DNA of 64,000 nucleotides from Planktothrix sp. GU0601_MAG3 (GCA_035193785.1 CP136572.1:3508578-3572577), one strand, 5' to 3'. Shown: positions 48,554-61,155, counted from the stretch's first letter. Program-made: numbers and translations. The notes: a model not told the origin generated them from the sequence alone.

Positions 48554-50531
48554 ATGTCTGCGCCCGTTAGCGCTCCTGTGATTACCTCCTTTCCCTTAAC
48601 CGCAGTAATTGGACAAGGTGCCATTAAGCTCGCCCTGTTACTGGCGGCGGTTGACCCGGGTTTGGGAGGTGTGGTGATTGCCGGAAGAAGAGGAACGGCT
48701 AAATCCGTGATGGCGCGGGCATTACACGCTTTGTTACCGCCGATAGAAGTGGTGAAAGGAGCGATCGCCAACCCTGAACCCGTTGATGATACTCAACCGA
48801 CGGAAATTGTCCCCACGGCCTTTGTCCAAATTCCGTTAGGAATCACCGAAGATCGATTAGTGGGTTCGGTGGATTTAGAACAGTCGGTAAAACAGGGACA
48901 AACCGTATTTCAACCGGGACTTTTAGCCACAGCAAACCGAGGGGTTTTATATGTGGATGAAATTAATTTATTAGATGATAATATAGCCAATTTATTATTA
49001 ACAGTTCTCACCGAAGGCCGGAATGTAATTGAACGGGAAGGGATTAGTTTTGAACATCCCTGTAAACCTTTATTTATCGCTACATTTAACCCCGAAGAAG
49101 GGTCATTACGGGATCATTTATTAGATAGAATTGCGATCGCCCTATCCGCCGATGGAGTTCTCAGTTTAGATCAACGGGTGCAAGCAGTAGATCAAGTGAT
49201 GGATTATGCGAAATCACCCCAGGATTTCTTAACTCAATATAACCAAGAATTAGATGATCTAAAAACCCAGATTATTTTAGCCCGAGAATGGTTAAAAGAT
49301 GTGGTGATTACCCAGGAACAAATCTTATATTTAGTACAAGAAGCGGTGCGGGGTGGTGTCATGGGTCATCGGGCGGAATTATTTGCGGTGCGAGTGGCGA
49401 AAGCCTCCGCCGCCTTGGAGGGACGCACCACCGTCAACGCCGATGATTTACGTCGGGCGGTGGAATTAGTCATTGTTCCCCGGGCCAAAATTGTGCCACC
49501 CCCCGAACAACAGCAACAGCAACCCCCCCCACCCCCACCGCCTCAAGATCAGTCCCCGGAAGACCAGGAACAGGACGAAGACGAGGACGAGGAAGACCAG
49601 GAAGAGCAGCCCGAGGAAGAAGAAGCCACCATCCCCGAAGAATTTATTTTTGACCCGGAAGGGGTGATCTTGGATGATAGCGTCTTGTATTTTACCCAAA
49701 TGGCGAACCGCCAAGGCAAATCTGGCAGCCGTAGCGTGATTTTTTCCGATGACCGGGGGCGATACATTAAGCCCGTTTTACCCAAGGGGAAAGTCCAAAG
49801 AATTGCCGTTGATGCCACGTTACGCGCCGCCGCCCCCTATCAACAAGCCCGACGTCTGCGGGAACCGGGGCGGAAAGTGATTGTGGAACAGGGGGATATT
49901 CGGGCGAAACGGTTGGCCCGCAAGTCCGGGGCCTTAGTAGTATTTGTGGTGGATGCGTCGGGTTCCATGGCCCTAAACCGGATGCAGTCGGCAAAGGGGG
50001 CGGTGTTACAACTGTTAACGGAAGCCTACCAAAGCCGGGATCAGGTGTCCTTGATTCCCTTCCGAGGGGAACAGGCGGAGGTGTTGTTACCGCCCACCCG
50101 TTCGATTGCTGCGGCTCGAAAACGGCTAGAAACGCCTACCCTGTGGGGGTGGTTCGCCCTTAGCCCACGGGTTAACTCAGGCGGTGAGAGTCGGGGTAAA
50201 TGCTAAACAGTCCGGGGATATTGGTCAGGTGGTGATTGTGGCTATTACCGACGGACGGGGGAATATTTCTTTATCTCGGTCTTTGGGAGAACCCCAAATT
50301 GAAGGTGAAAAGCCGGATATTAAGAAGGAAATATTAGAAATTGCGGCAAAAATTCGCGGGTTAAAGATGCAATTGTTAGTGATTGATACCGAGAGTAAAT
50401 TCATTTCTACCGGGTTTGCTAAGGAGTTAGCAAAAACGGCGGGGGGGAAATATTATCATTTACCTAAAGCTACGGATCAAGCGATCGCGGCGATGACCCA
50501 AAATGCGTTAAGAGATGCGATCGGTTCTTAA
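48554..50531 (+). CDS. chlD: Magnesium chelatase subunit D (apparent frameshift at ~50129)
   Basis: [11 protein letters not shown], Pro/acidic linker, vWA VDASGSM, ITDGRGN. Confidence 0.95.
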
Positions 50532-50612
50532 TATTATTAACTTGTTCCCCGTGTCTCGCGGGGGATGTTTGTTTGAGGCTCTGCCTCTCCATCAGATAAA
50601 GGAACTTCTATT

Positions 50613-51539
50613 ATGAGCTTATTTGATCGCATTAATAGATTAGTTAAAGCTAACCTTAATGATTTAACAGCACAAGCACAAGATCCTGAGAAATTTTTAA
50701 ATTCAACCCTTGCTGAAATGCAAGAAAATTTAGCGAAAATGCGTCAAGCAGTCGATCACACCACTGCTATTATAAAACGAACTGAACTACAATATCAGCA
50801 AGCTAATTCTCAAGCTAATCAATGGCATAGTGGAGCAGAATTAGCTTTAAGGAAAGGAGATGAGGATTTAGCCAAGAAAGCATTAGAACGCAAAGTTTCT
50901 GCGTTAAAAATAGCAGAAAAATCTAAAAAAATATTGGCAGAAAAAACCCATGAATTAACATTATTTAAGCAGGGTGTGGAACAATTAGAAAATAAAATTG
51001 CAGAAGTAAAAGCCAAAATTAATTATTTAAAACAACGTAAACAAAATACAGCCAACGAACAATTAGAAAATTTGATAAATGGAGTTAATACTCACAGTAC
51101 ATCAACAGCATTTGAACGGTTAGAAGAGAAAGTAAAAGAACTTGAAAAACCTACTCATAGAGATCACTCTAGTCATATCCTCAATGAACCCAAACCCAAT
51201 CAAAATCCCGAAAATATCTTAGAAACAGCTATTCAAGAAACACAAAAAATTATTGAACAATCGGTACTTAATAAAGATCATTTAAAAAAGCAATTGATTG
51301 AGCAAGAAACAACTATAAAGCTCCTTAATCAAAACCTAATAAACCTGAAAATCTTGCAGGGTAAATTAACCAATAAATCTGGTGAGATATCAACATTAAA
51401 TAGTGAAAACCAAGTTAATTCTAAACTTGATAGATTATTGGATTTTAATTCAGATATGGATGAGGAATTAGATGTGGATGAGGAATTAAAGCGATTACGG
51501 CAAGAAATCAATAAAATGCAAAGGAAAAGCCATGAGTAA
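50613..51539 (+). CDS. PspA/IM30 family protein with extended C-terminus
   Basis: MSLFDRINRLVKANLN, DPEK, ALRKGDEDLAKKAL, AFERLEEKV, VDEELKRLR. Confidence 0.85.
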   Translation: MSLFDRINRLVKANLNDLTAQAQDPEKFLNSTLAEMQENLAKMRQAVDHTTAIIKRTELQYQQANSQANQWHSGAELALRKGDEDLAKKALERKVSALKIAEKSKKILAEKTHELTLFKQGVEQLENKIAEVKAKINYLKQRKQNTANEQLENLINGVNTHSTSTAFERLEEKVKELEKPTHRDHSSHILNEPKPNQNPENILETAIQETQKIIEQSVLNKDHLKKQLIEQETTIKLLNQNLINLKILQGKLTNKSGEISTLNSENQVNSKLDRLLDFNSDMDEELDVDEELKRLRQEINKMQRKSHE

Positions 51540-51597
51540 CAATATCAAAATTCAAGCGAGGAGTGGTAATATTTTTCAAGATCTCAGTTGTTGTTAA
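51532..51597 (+). pseudogene. N-terminal remnant of XRE-family antitoxin/regulator
   Basis: MSNNIKIQARSGNIFQDL resembles the SSGNVFADL N-terminal motif; stops after 21 aa. Confidence 0.4.
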
Positions 51598-51622
51598 TAT
51601 CTAAAATTAGATTATCTTGATT

Positions 51623-52725
51623 ATGCTAAAAAATATCAAAGTTAAAGGTTACAAATCAATTCAATCCTTAGAATTAGAAACTCAATAAAATTAATATTTT
51701 AATTGGGGCTAATGGGGCTGGAAAATCTAACTTGATTTCATTTTTTAAGTTATTATCGTGGATGATACAATCTCAAGGAAAATTACAACTTTTTATTGGT
51801 CAATCTGGCGGAGCTAATTCCTTACTTTTTGATGGGGTTGCCATCACACCGCAACTGGAAGCAGAGCTTAATTTTGAAACAGATTCAGGTCAAAATGATT
51901 ATTATTTAAGATTGTTTCACGCTGCATCAGATACATTAATTTTTGCAGAAGAAAAGTACAGATTTTATAGTTCTATTTTTAGTTCAGTAGCTGATTGGAA
52001 GTCTTTAGATTCTGGTCATAAAGAAGCCAAGATTATTGACCTTTTTAATCAAGGAGATTTAACAGCTAGAACTTTAGTTTCTTTAGTTCAGAATTGTAAA
52101 GTTTATCAATTTCATAATACCTCTGACACGGCTCGAATTCGGCAGAGGTGGAGTATTGAAGATAATCGTTATCTGCGGGAAGATGGAGCCAATTTAGCCT
52201 CGGTTTTGTTGAGATTAAAGGAAACTGAACCTAAATATTATCGAATTATTGTTGATACCTTAACTCAAATCGCTCCCTTTTTTGATGATTTTGTTTTGGA
52301 ACCCGTTAGTAATACTGTTATTTTACAATGGACAGAAAAAAATACCGATATTATTTTTAGTTCTCATCAAATTTCTGATGGAACTTTAAGAACAATGGCA
52401 TTAGTTACCCTACTGTTACAACCAATATCTGATTTACCGGATGTTTTAATCTTAGATGAAACCCGAATTAGGTTTACATCCCTATGCGATTAATATTATT
52501 GCGGGATTAATTCAGAGTATTTCCCACGAAGTTCAAGTTATTTTAGCGACTCAATCAGCTTTTTTAATTGATTGTTTTGCACCGGAAGATATTATTATTG
52601 TTGACCGTAAACAACGTGCTTCTGAGTTTCATCGTCTCGATCCTGAACCTTTAGAAGATTGGTTAGAAGAATATTCTTTATCGGAACTTTGGAATAAAAA
52701 TGTTTTGGGAGGAAGACCCAAGTAA
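51623..52725 (+). CDS. AAA_21/ABC-type ATPase (apparent frameshifts at ~51677 and ~52458)
   Basis: GYKSI, IGANGAGKSN, YQFH, SDGTLR, LDEPELGLHP, ATQS, LWNKNVLGGRP. Confidence 0.88.
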
Positions 52726-53409
52726 TGATCCGCTTACATATTATTGCTGAAGGTCAAACGGAAGAAGAATTTATCAATACAATTTTAACAGATCATTTAG
52801 GCTATTTTAATATTAGCACTGATGTTCATTGTATGACAACAAAACGCACACGAACCGTAGTTCATCGAGGCGGTTTAGTCAGTTATGAAAAAGCAAAAAA
52901 AGATATTATTCTCTGGTTAAAACAGGATAAACATCCTGAAGCTAGATTTACAACAATGTTTGATTTATATGCTTTACCTAATGATTTTCCTGAGTTTGAG
53001 GAAGCACAGAAAATATCTGATCCTTACCAAAAAATTAAACAATTAGAAAATGCTTTATTTGAAGATATAAATGATAGTCGGTTTATTCCTTATATTCAAT
53101 TACATGAATTTGAAGCTCTGATTTTATCTGATCCAATTAAACTTGAGGAACGATTTCCAGACTATCAATCAGAGGTTAAACAATTAGTTTCCCTCTGTCA
53201 ATCTTTTGAATCTCCAGAACTCATTAATGATGGAGAACAAACGGCTCCTTCTAAACGAATTATTCAAGCTATTCCTAGTTATGAGGGTGCAAAAGTGTCT
53301 GTCGCACCTTTAATGGCTCAAAAAATTGGTTTAGAAACTATTAGGCAAAAATGTCCTCATTTTAATCAATGGATAGAAACGATTAGAAAATTTATCTCAA
53401 CCTGAATAA
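52725..53409 (+). CDS. DUF4276 family (TOPRIM-like) protein (apparent frameshift at ~53376)
   Basis: AEGQTEE, TTMFDLY, PYIQLHEFEA, PELIND, APSKRI, CPHFNQW; 1 bp overlap with ATPase. Confidence 0.85.
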
Positions 53410-53589
53410 TTTTTAATTTCAACCCTGTTATTACTAGAAAATAGAGATTGTAAAGTCCTCAGAAGTTAGCAAAGTCAACTGCATAAGTCCTGTAACCTTA
53501 AAATTATGTGATAATATGTAAACAAAAATGGGTTCTGGGCGGTTTTTGATGGGTCGTCCAACCCAGGCAAGTTTATGCAAAATTGAACC

Positions 53590-54135
53590 ATGAGTAGCTC
53601 CCTCAGTAAAGCGGTCTTATTTGTAGACGGCTATAACATAATTGGAATCTGGCCTCTGTTGCGACAGAAACGCGATGTTCACGATATGGAAACAGCGCGT
53701 AGGCACTTGATTGAGACTTTAGTGGACTATAGCGCTTTCGAGGGACTTGATGCCCGATTGGTATTTGATGCTCACTATCAAAATACCCCTGGCGTTAGCG
53801 AAACCATTACTCGCAATGTGTCGATTCATTATACCGGTTTTGGTCAAACCGCAGATACTTATATTGAAAAACTCTGTGCTTCTTTGGGACGTCAACTTAG
53901 GTTGTCCCAACGTCGGTTAATTGTGGCGACTTCAGACCGCGCTCAACAGTTAACCGTCACCGGCTATGGGGCTGAGTGGATGTCCGCCGAACAGTTAGCA
54001 GAAGCGGTGGAGGCTACCACCCGGCGTCGTCAGCGTCGTCATCAACCCCGGAAGCCATCTCCGACCCGTTTCTTGGCGAATTCCCTAGACGCCGAAGCCC
54101 AAAACCGTTTAGCTCGCATGAGGATGGGTTTGTAA
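53590..54135 (+). CDS. NYN domain protein (YacP/Rae1-like)
   Basis: VDGYNII, LVFDA, TADTYIE, VATSD. Confidence 0.88.
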   Translation: MSSSLSKAVLFVDGYNIIGIWPLLRQKRDVHDMETARRHLIETLVDYSAFEGLDARLVFDAHYQNTPGVSETITRNVSIHYTGFGQTADTYIEKLCASLGRQLRLSQRRLIVATSDRAQQLTVTGYGAEWMSAEQLAEAVEATTRRRQRRHQPRKPSPTRFLANSLDAEAQNRLARMRMGL

Positions 54136-54260
54136 TCACTGTATCAAGAGGGTTTCAGCTTTTGCAACCAAAGTCAAAAAAAAATTCTTCAAAAAAGCTT
54201 GCAAAAATTCAGGATCTAGCGCTACTATTAGTAACTGTGGCTAAAAGAGAGACACAACGT

Positions 54261-54332
54261 TCCTCGGTAGCTCAGTGGTAGAGCGGTCGGCTGTTAACCG
54301 ATTGGTCGTAGGTTCGAATCCCACCCGAGGAG
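54261..54332 (+). tRNA. trnN: tRNA-Asn(GTT)
   Basis: TCCTCGG/CCGAGGA acceptor, CTGTTAA anticodon loop, GGTTCGAATCC. Confidence 0.95.
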
Positions 54333-54464
54333 TTTAACTAAATATTACTCAAATCTCAGGTTAGATTTTAACCTAATCTGAAGTTTCCGGCCAGTATCCT
54401 ACTTTTCCAATCAGAAAGGTAGGATATTGTTCTGTATATGCTCAAAACAACTTAATCCCCTAGG

Positions 54465-55824
54465 ATGCTCTTACCCTTATTTCTGAGTTTAACCCTATTT
54501 GCCCAAGCTGTTGCTCCTGCTAATGAAATTGTGCAACCGCAGCAGGTGCGACCCTTACCCGGACAATTAGATCAAATTCCGGTGTTTAATAGTAACAGTC
54601 CCGAACTAATTTTAAACGAAGGAATTTTACTTTCTACCTTTCCAAAAACTAATAAAAAACAACCGGAAGCCCACTTAAATTTTCCCTTGCAAGGCAAATT
54701 TGATATTTTTGCCCACCATGTTGCTAAATCTCCCCAAGAAAATGATCTAAGAACCCTTTATTTAGGAATATTAGCCTATAATCCCGGGAATCAACCCGTT
54801 ACTATTAATATTTTAGAAGCAGCCAGTTATTTAAGCCAACCCGATGCGCCTTTTATTCCCCTGGATGCGGTTTTAGATAATTCAGCAGGTAATATTTTTG
54901 CTGGGCCAGGAAGTCGGGTAATGAATGATATTTTACGCGGAAAACGACAAACTGAATTTGTGGAAAAAATTACTATTCCGCCCCAAAGTAGTCGTCTATT
55001 ATTAAATGCTCCAATTCCGGTTAAAAATTTAGAACCTCCTTTAAATGGTCGGTCTACTTTAATGCGTTTAGAGAGTGATGGCGAGGTTTATATTGCTAGT
55101 TTAGCCAAATATGCAACCATGCAACCAAATAGAATAGAAGTTGCACCCACTCTCACAGAATGGGAACAATTATTAAACCTAGGAATGTTAGTTACACCTA
55201 GAGATCGTACCCCCACATCTCCTAATACAAATCCTGAGCAAATTATCTATGGACGGGTGGCTGGAGTGGCATTAGGTTCCCGTTGGAATGCTAATATTGT
55301 TGATCCAAATAGTTCTATTTTAACTATTCCTGAACCGGGAGAATCCTTTTCTTATCCGATTGCAACCTTACCCAAAGGACAGTTAGGAACCCATCAAATT
55401 CAAAGTGCTCCTTTAGTGGTTAGATATCCCGACACTGCCTATCAAGCCCATGGAAATTATGGGATAGAATATAACTTAATTCTACCCCTTTATAACCCCA
55501 AAAGTCAACCCCAAAAAGTTATTTTAACCTTACAAACTCCCATCAAAGAAGAAAAATTATCCCAACCTGGATTAAGGTTTTTTGACCCTCCAGCCCCTCA
55601 AGTTTTCTTCCGAGGAAACGGTTAGATTGAGTTTTGAAGATGATCAGGGAAAATCCCAAACTCGCTATATTCATTTAGTTCAAAAACGCGGTCAACAGGG
55701 AGAAGCGTTATTACAATTAACCGTAAAACCTCAAGAAACTCGACCTGTGAAAGTTGATTTTCTCTATCCTCCAGATGCCTCTGCTCCTCAAGTTGTGACG
55801 GTAAAAACATTACCGTTAAAATAA
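54465..55824 (+). CDS. DUF3370 domain protein (apparent frameshift at ~55615)
   Basis: VRPLPGQLD..PVFNSNSPE, AHGNYGIEY, LYPPDA. Confidence 0.82.
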
Positions 55825-55894
55825 TATATTTTAGTCTTTATTGAATCACAAAGACACCAAGAATTTGTAAACACTAATTTTGTGGGTTGATTTT

Positions 55895-56101
55895 ATGTCT
55901 CAAAGCGATGCACCCAAACCTAAACCACCTATGGATAAACCCCCTGCACCGCCCCCTAAACCTCCCGATTGGGGGACATTAGGATGGTTAATTATGGTAT
56001 TGTTTTTTTTCATTATTGTTATCGGAAATGCTTCGGGATTGGGAGATAGTAAAAACCGGCCGTCCACTCCTGATTTTGATCAAACGGAATGGGATAAATA
56101 G
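55895..56101 (+). CDS. Small Pro-rich single-TM hypothetical protein
   Basis: ORF with one hydrophobic helix; no family recognised. Confidence 0.5.
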   Translation: MSQSDAPKPKPPMDKPPAPPPKPPDWGTLGWLIMVLFFFIIVIGNASGLGDSKNRPSTPDFDQTEWDK

Positions 56102-56174
56102 GGGGTGATCATTTCGTTGTTGTGCTTCAGCACTCCTATTAAGAGCCCTGAAGCGCAACAACAATCAAACATGA

Positions 56175-57519
56175 TTAACCAATAGTTAAGGCTAAATCCG
56201 TGGGTGATGTGATGACCGTAGCCGTTTGGACAACACTCGGCTGGACGTTTTTAACAATTCCTAAAATTCCTGAATTTGCAACTCGAATAATGGTGTCATT
56301 CCCAGAGGAAGTAAAACTTAAATTAGCCAGAGGAATTGTGTCAAGAACATGAATTTTATCGCCTTCTGAAACCTTGAGATCCGTAATAATATCGGCTAAA
56401 TTGATATCAGAAACCGTCGCGGCTTCATCCCCTCTTAACAGGAAAATATCAGCCCCTCCTCCGGCGGTTAAAATATCTGTGCCTAAATCTCCTATTAGGA
56501 AATCATTGCCTTCATTGCCATTTAAACTATCATTCCCCTGTCCACCGCGAAGAAAGTCGGAAACCCGCTCCTCCAAAGATAGTATCATCCCCCCGATTTC
56601 CATTTAAAATATCATTGCCCTGTCCGCCCGTAATACTATCATTATCTTTGCCTCCAAAAATATAATCATTTCCGTTATTTCCATCCAAAGAATCATTACC
56701 TTGATTCCCATTAATTACATCATTTCCTGTGGAACCTGTAACCCGATCATTCCCACCTCCAACTAACAATCCGCGAGGATTATTTTGAGTAATATCAGGG
56801 GTCATGGTTATGACATTATCTGCATCTAAATTACGAGGATAGGCATAACTTAAAGGCAGACTAGCAAGATTGATGGTATTAATAAATCCATTCAAGATAT
56901 TCGCATCTGAAATGATTCCAGACACTCGACTGGGAATAATTCCATCGACAACGGCTGCATCCCAAATGACATTCCCCTGTTGAATTAGATTGACGACATC
57001 GAGGCCTTCAACGACAGTTCCAAAAACCGCATAACTCCCGTCTAAATTTGCAGAATTATCCGCTAAATTAAAATAGAATTGGGAGGAGGCAGTATCGGTT
57101 CCTGAAGACCGCGCCATGGCAATCGAACCCACAACATTACTTAACACCGGAGGAACGGTAATTCCTGCTTGTTGAAAGGTTTGACTGTAGAGGGGTTCGG
57201 TGGTGCCCTGGGGTTTAATTTCTAAGGGAATATTTCGGACTTGACCTGTGGCCGGGTCAATAAAACCTCCACTTCCTAACACATTAGGATCAATATTAGG
57301 ATCTTTACTTTGGGGGTCACCACCTTGAGCAACAAAGGGTTGAGGTTCCAAAACAACCCGATGAAATACGGTATTATCATAAACATTTCGTTCAACTAAA
57401 TCGACGAAATTTCCGGCTGTTATCGGAGCATTTGCACCATCAACTTGAATGGTAATGGGAAATCCTTCAACTACCATAATCACGGTAGCAGAACTATTGA
57501 TTTGAGGTAGATCATCCAT
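56175..57519 (-). CDS. Cyclophilin-type PPIase fused to RTX Ca-binding repeats (apparent frameshift at ~56560)
   Basis: APITAGNF, FHRV, QGGDP, AMARS, ASSQFY, YAVFG then GGxGND nonapeptides. Confidence 0.88.
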
Positions 57520-57705
57520 AATAAAATAATGCCTTAGATTGTCTAAAGTGAGGTGAAATCCACCTAATTGTCCCTTGATATTTTACAATAAAGATGACAG
57601 TTAGGATAGGATATTTCCAATAGTTAGACACCCAAACCAAAATTTAAGTTCCTGTCACTCATAATATTGTGTAAACTGGATAAAAAGTTGTGATTATCCT
57701 CAATA

Positions 57706-58258
57706 ATGATGTCCCGTCGTTTATTTCTAAGTTTCCTCTTATCTCTGGGTTTAGCGGTGTTCAGTTTCAACCTAACTTCACCCGCTTGGGCCTTGGGGGG
57801 AAAACTGCCCCCATTGAATCAACCCGCCCCTAATTTTACCTTACCAACTAATAGTGGAGAGGGCAAAATTTCCTTATCTGATTATCAAGGACAATGGGTT
57901 ATTCTCTATTTTTATCCTAAAGATTTCACCTCTGGATGTACTTTAGAAGCCCGTCGTTTTCAACAGGATTTACCAAAATATTTAGCTAAAAATGCTCAAA
58001 TTTTAGGGGTGAGTGCCGATGATATTCAATCCCATGCTGAGTTTTGTGATTCGGAAGGATTAAAATTTCCCTTGCTGGCTGATGTTGATGGAAAAGTAAG
58101 TAAATCCTATGGTTTCATGGATTAATTTTATCTCCATGCGTCATACTTTTATTATTGATCCTGATGGAATTTTAAGGGAAGTATTTCTAGGGGTTAATCC
58201 TGCTATTCATAGTCAGGAAGTTTTCGCCCGTTTGGGTGAATTGCAAGAAACAAGTTAG
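57706..58258 (+). CDS. Peroxiredoxin (BCP/PrxQ) with signal peptide (apparent frameshift at ~58112)
   Basis: YFYPKDFTSGCTLEA; RHTFIIDPDG after repair. Confidence 0.9.
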
Positions 58259-58277
58259 TTAAAATTGACAAAAATTA

Positions 58278-58312
58278 ACAAAAAGGGAAGGTTAAAATCA
58301 CCCTCCCTTTGT
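58278..58312. terminator. Bidirectional hairpin between convergent genes
   Basis: AAAAGGGAAGGT...ACCCTCCCTTTGT. Confidence 0.55.
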
Positions 58313-58332
58313 TTGTAAAAATGGCTTTTTGT

Positions 58333-58536
58333 TTAAACCGGGTTTAATCCTAACATTGCTTTTAAGGTAAAAAAGGTAAAGGCAAAAACACTGAATAGTA
58401 AAATTACTAATACAGTGGCAGTTACCGGGCGATTTAAGAGGGGTTTCAGACGTTCAAATAGGAAAAAGAAAATTCCTAGGGTAAAGGTAATAAAATAACG
58501 GGGATAGCGAGAAACGTTTTGAAAAAATTCTTGCAT
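58333..58536 (-). CDS. DUF751 family protein
   Basis: FFQNVSRYPRYFI...TLKAMLG. Confidence 0.85.
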   Translation of the reverse strand: MQEFFQNVSRYPRYFITFTLGIFFFLFERLKPLLNRPVTATVLVILLFSVFAFTFFTLKAMLGLNPV

Positions 58537-58787
58537 TGTCGTGGTTGGGATTAACTTCAGATTAAAGGTCTTATAATTTTAACAGATTTTGGCATTATTT
58601 TTAAAATAAGCGATCGCCAGGTTCAGAATTAAATCTGTGTATTAATTAGAAATTGAGATTAAATTGTAATAATGTTATCACAAATATCAGCACCTGCATA
58701 ATTTTCTCCTGAGATTAAATTTTATCTATTGTTTTCACATAGGATCAGAGATACAATAAAAAATTAATTATATCTCCAATCAAATTT

Positions 58788-59514
58788 ATGGATATTTTAA
58801 TTGTTGAGGATGAACCGGAAATTGCCCGTTTAATTCAGCATACCCTAGAAGCGGAAGGATTTTCTTGCCAGATTTCTAATAATGGTTTAGCCGCTTTACA
58901 AAAATTTCAAGAATTGCAACCGGATTTAATTATTTTAGATTTGATGATTCCGGGGTTAGATGGCTTAGAAGTTTGTGCTAGAATTCGTCAAAAACCCGGG
59001 CAAAAAGACCCCTATATTTTAATGTTAACCGCTAAAGGTGAAGAACTAGATCGGATTATTGGTTTATCTACCGGGGCGGATGATTATTTTGTTAAACCTT
59101 TTAGTCCTAGGGAATTAGTTGCTAGGGTTAGGGCTTTATTAAGACGGAGTTTGCGCCAAGGCGGTCAACCGAATCAAGTTTATCAAACCCCACATTTTTT
59201 AGTGGATTTAGACCAAAGAATAGCCAGTTATCAATTAGAGTCAGGGAACACAGAAACCCTGGATTTAACTACTTTAGAATTTAATTTATTATCAACTTTT
59301 CTGAGTTATCCGGGTCGGGTTTGGAGTCGTACCCAGCTAATAGATAAACTTTGGGGAGATGACTTTTTTGGTGATGAAAGGGTTGTGGATACCCATGTCG
59401 CTAGACTGCGGAAAAAAATTGAAACCTGACCCCTCCCATCCCACTTTTATTAAAACGGTGACGGGGGTGGGATATAAATTTGAAGATGCTGTTATAGGAG
59501 GGAATAGGGAATAG
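58788..59514 (+). CDS. OmpR-family response regulator (apparent frameshift at ~59421)
   Basis: ILIVEDE, ILDLMIP, GADDY..KPF, LTTLEF, VDTHVARLRKKIE, KTVTGVGYKF. Confidence 0.92.
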
Positions 59515-59695
59515 GGATCACGGATTTAAGAGGATTTCACGGATTTCACGGATTTTAATCTGCGTTAATCTGTGTAATCTGTTTAAATCCGTGATAGGTA
59601 ATGGGTAATGGGTAATAGGGAATATTGCTATATTTTTACTTGAAATTGAGAGCGTTAGGGTAAAATAGATTAACTGTATTAATAATGTTGTCATA

Positions 59696-59950
59696 ATGAG
59701 TAAATCAAAACCCCTCACAGACCTAGAATTAATTGATTGTGCGAAAGCCAATGCTAAACAAGGCGTTGAAAATGCGGCTAAACTATCGGGTTATGGAGAT
59801 GATATAGACAAATTTATGGAAGAACTGCAAACCGCTTGTCAGAGAATTGGAGTTAATATTGATACCCTATCGGATTTAATTAAAGAACAGCAACAAATCG
59901 GACGAATACCAGGTTTAGAAATTGCTCCAGACTCAGAATCGAGTTTATAA
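59696..59950 (+). CDS. Conserved cyanobacterial hypothetical protein
   Basis: ELIDCAKANA...GYG.D...F...GLEIAPDS. Confidence 0.7.
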   Translation: MSKSKPLTDLELIDCAKANAKQGVENAAKLSGYGDDIDKFMEELQTACQRIGVNIDTLSDLIKEQQQIGRIPGLEIAPDSESSL

Positions 59951-60130
59951 AGTGTTTTTATCCTACAATTAATTTTGATAGGTTATTGTCCAAAATAATC
60001 CCCTAAGTTTTTAACTCTAAAAATACCTAAATTCTCGTTAGGGACGACGCGCTTCGCCCCTAACCTTCTTGTAATTTCCGGCAATTTGTACAACCAATTT
60101 AGACTTGCTATTAAGTTAAAAATTATCATC

Positions 60131-61052
60131 CTAGTTTAATTCATTATAAGCCGAATAAACCGCTTTAACATTATACCAATTTAGAAATATTCGAGCAATT
60201 TCTAAGGCTAATTGTGATTTTCCTTGATTAATTAAATATTGTAAAAACCCCGCCATTGTCCGTTCGTTCAAACGTCCTCCCAAAGACAATAACCCCCATA
60301 ATATTTGATGTAATATCGTCATCTGAATCATCATTTTAACTTCAAAAGAGGGATGTTTTTGATAAAATAAAACCCCCATTCTCCCCCGTTGAATTTCTCG
60401 ATCTATTAATTTCGGTAATTGTTCCAAACTAAACGCCGGATGCCAATGATAACCCACGGCATCGGGACATTTAATTAATGTTAAACCCAATTTCTTTAAC
60501 CTAACTCCTAATTCTAAATCTTCCCAGCCATATTGTTGAAATTGAGAATCAAATAATCCCGCTTTAATTAACCAATGACGAGCGATCGCTACATTTCCGG
60601 TAGCAAAATAAGCCGCCGAAAAATCAGTAATTTTATAAGGTTCAGAAGTCGGATCTTCAAAATTACAAGTATTAATTACCCGACCATAGGTAAAAACTTG
60701 ATCTGAAGTTTTGTATCCCTCAACTAAACTATCAGCATGGGATTGTAAAAACGTTTCTGTGACGACTAAATCACTATCAATAAAAATAATAGTCTCACCC
60801 AGAGCTTTTTCTACCCCCAAATTTCTCGCCGTGGCTGGCCCTTGATGGGATTGACAAAATAGCCGAACATGGGGAAATTCTAACTGATTTTCCTCCAACC
60901 AATTTAAAGTTCCATCCGTTGAAACCATCATCAACTAAAACTACCTCATAGTTAGTAATAGTATGATCATATTGTTGCTGTTCCAACGCTTTTAAACACT
61001 TTTGTAAAATCGCTAAACGATTATAGGTAGGAATGACAATACTTAAAAACAC
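60131..61052 (-). CDS. Glycosyltransferase family 2 (apparent frameshift at ~60921)
   Basis: SIVIPTYNR, VDDGSTDGT after repair, ARNLG, FIDSD, YGWEDLELG. Confidence 0.9.
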
Positions 61053-61155
61053 GGTAATTTAAACTCTAATATAGATCTCTCCTATTTTATTACAAATGGG
61101 AGAAGCGATCTCCAACTCTGGAAATCGCTTCGATGTATTATGAATATTGAATATT

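Noticed and set aside
54307..54325. A-C mismatch in tRNA-Asn T-stem as sign of a pseudo-tRNA
   Set aside because: Single mismatch in an otherwise canonical cloverleaf; insufficient evidence
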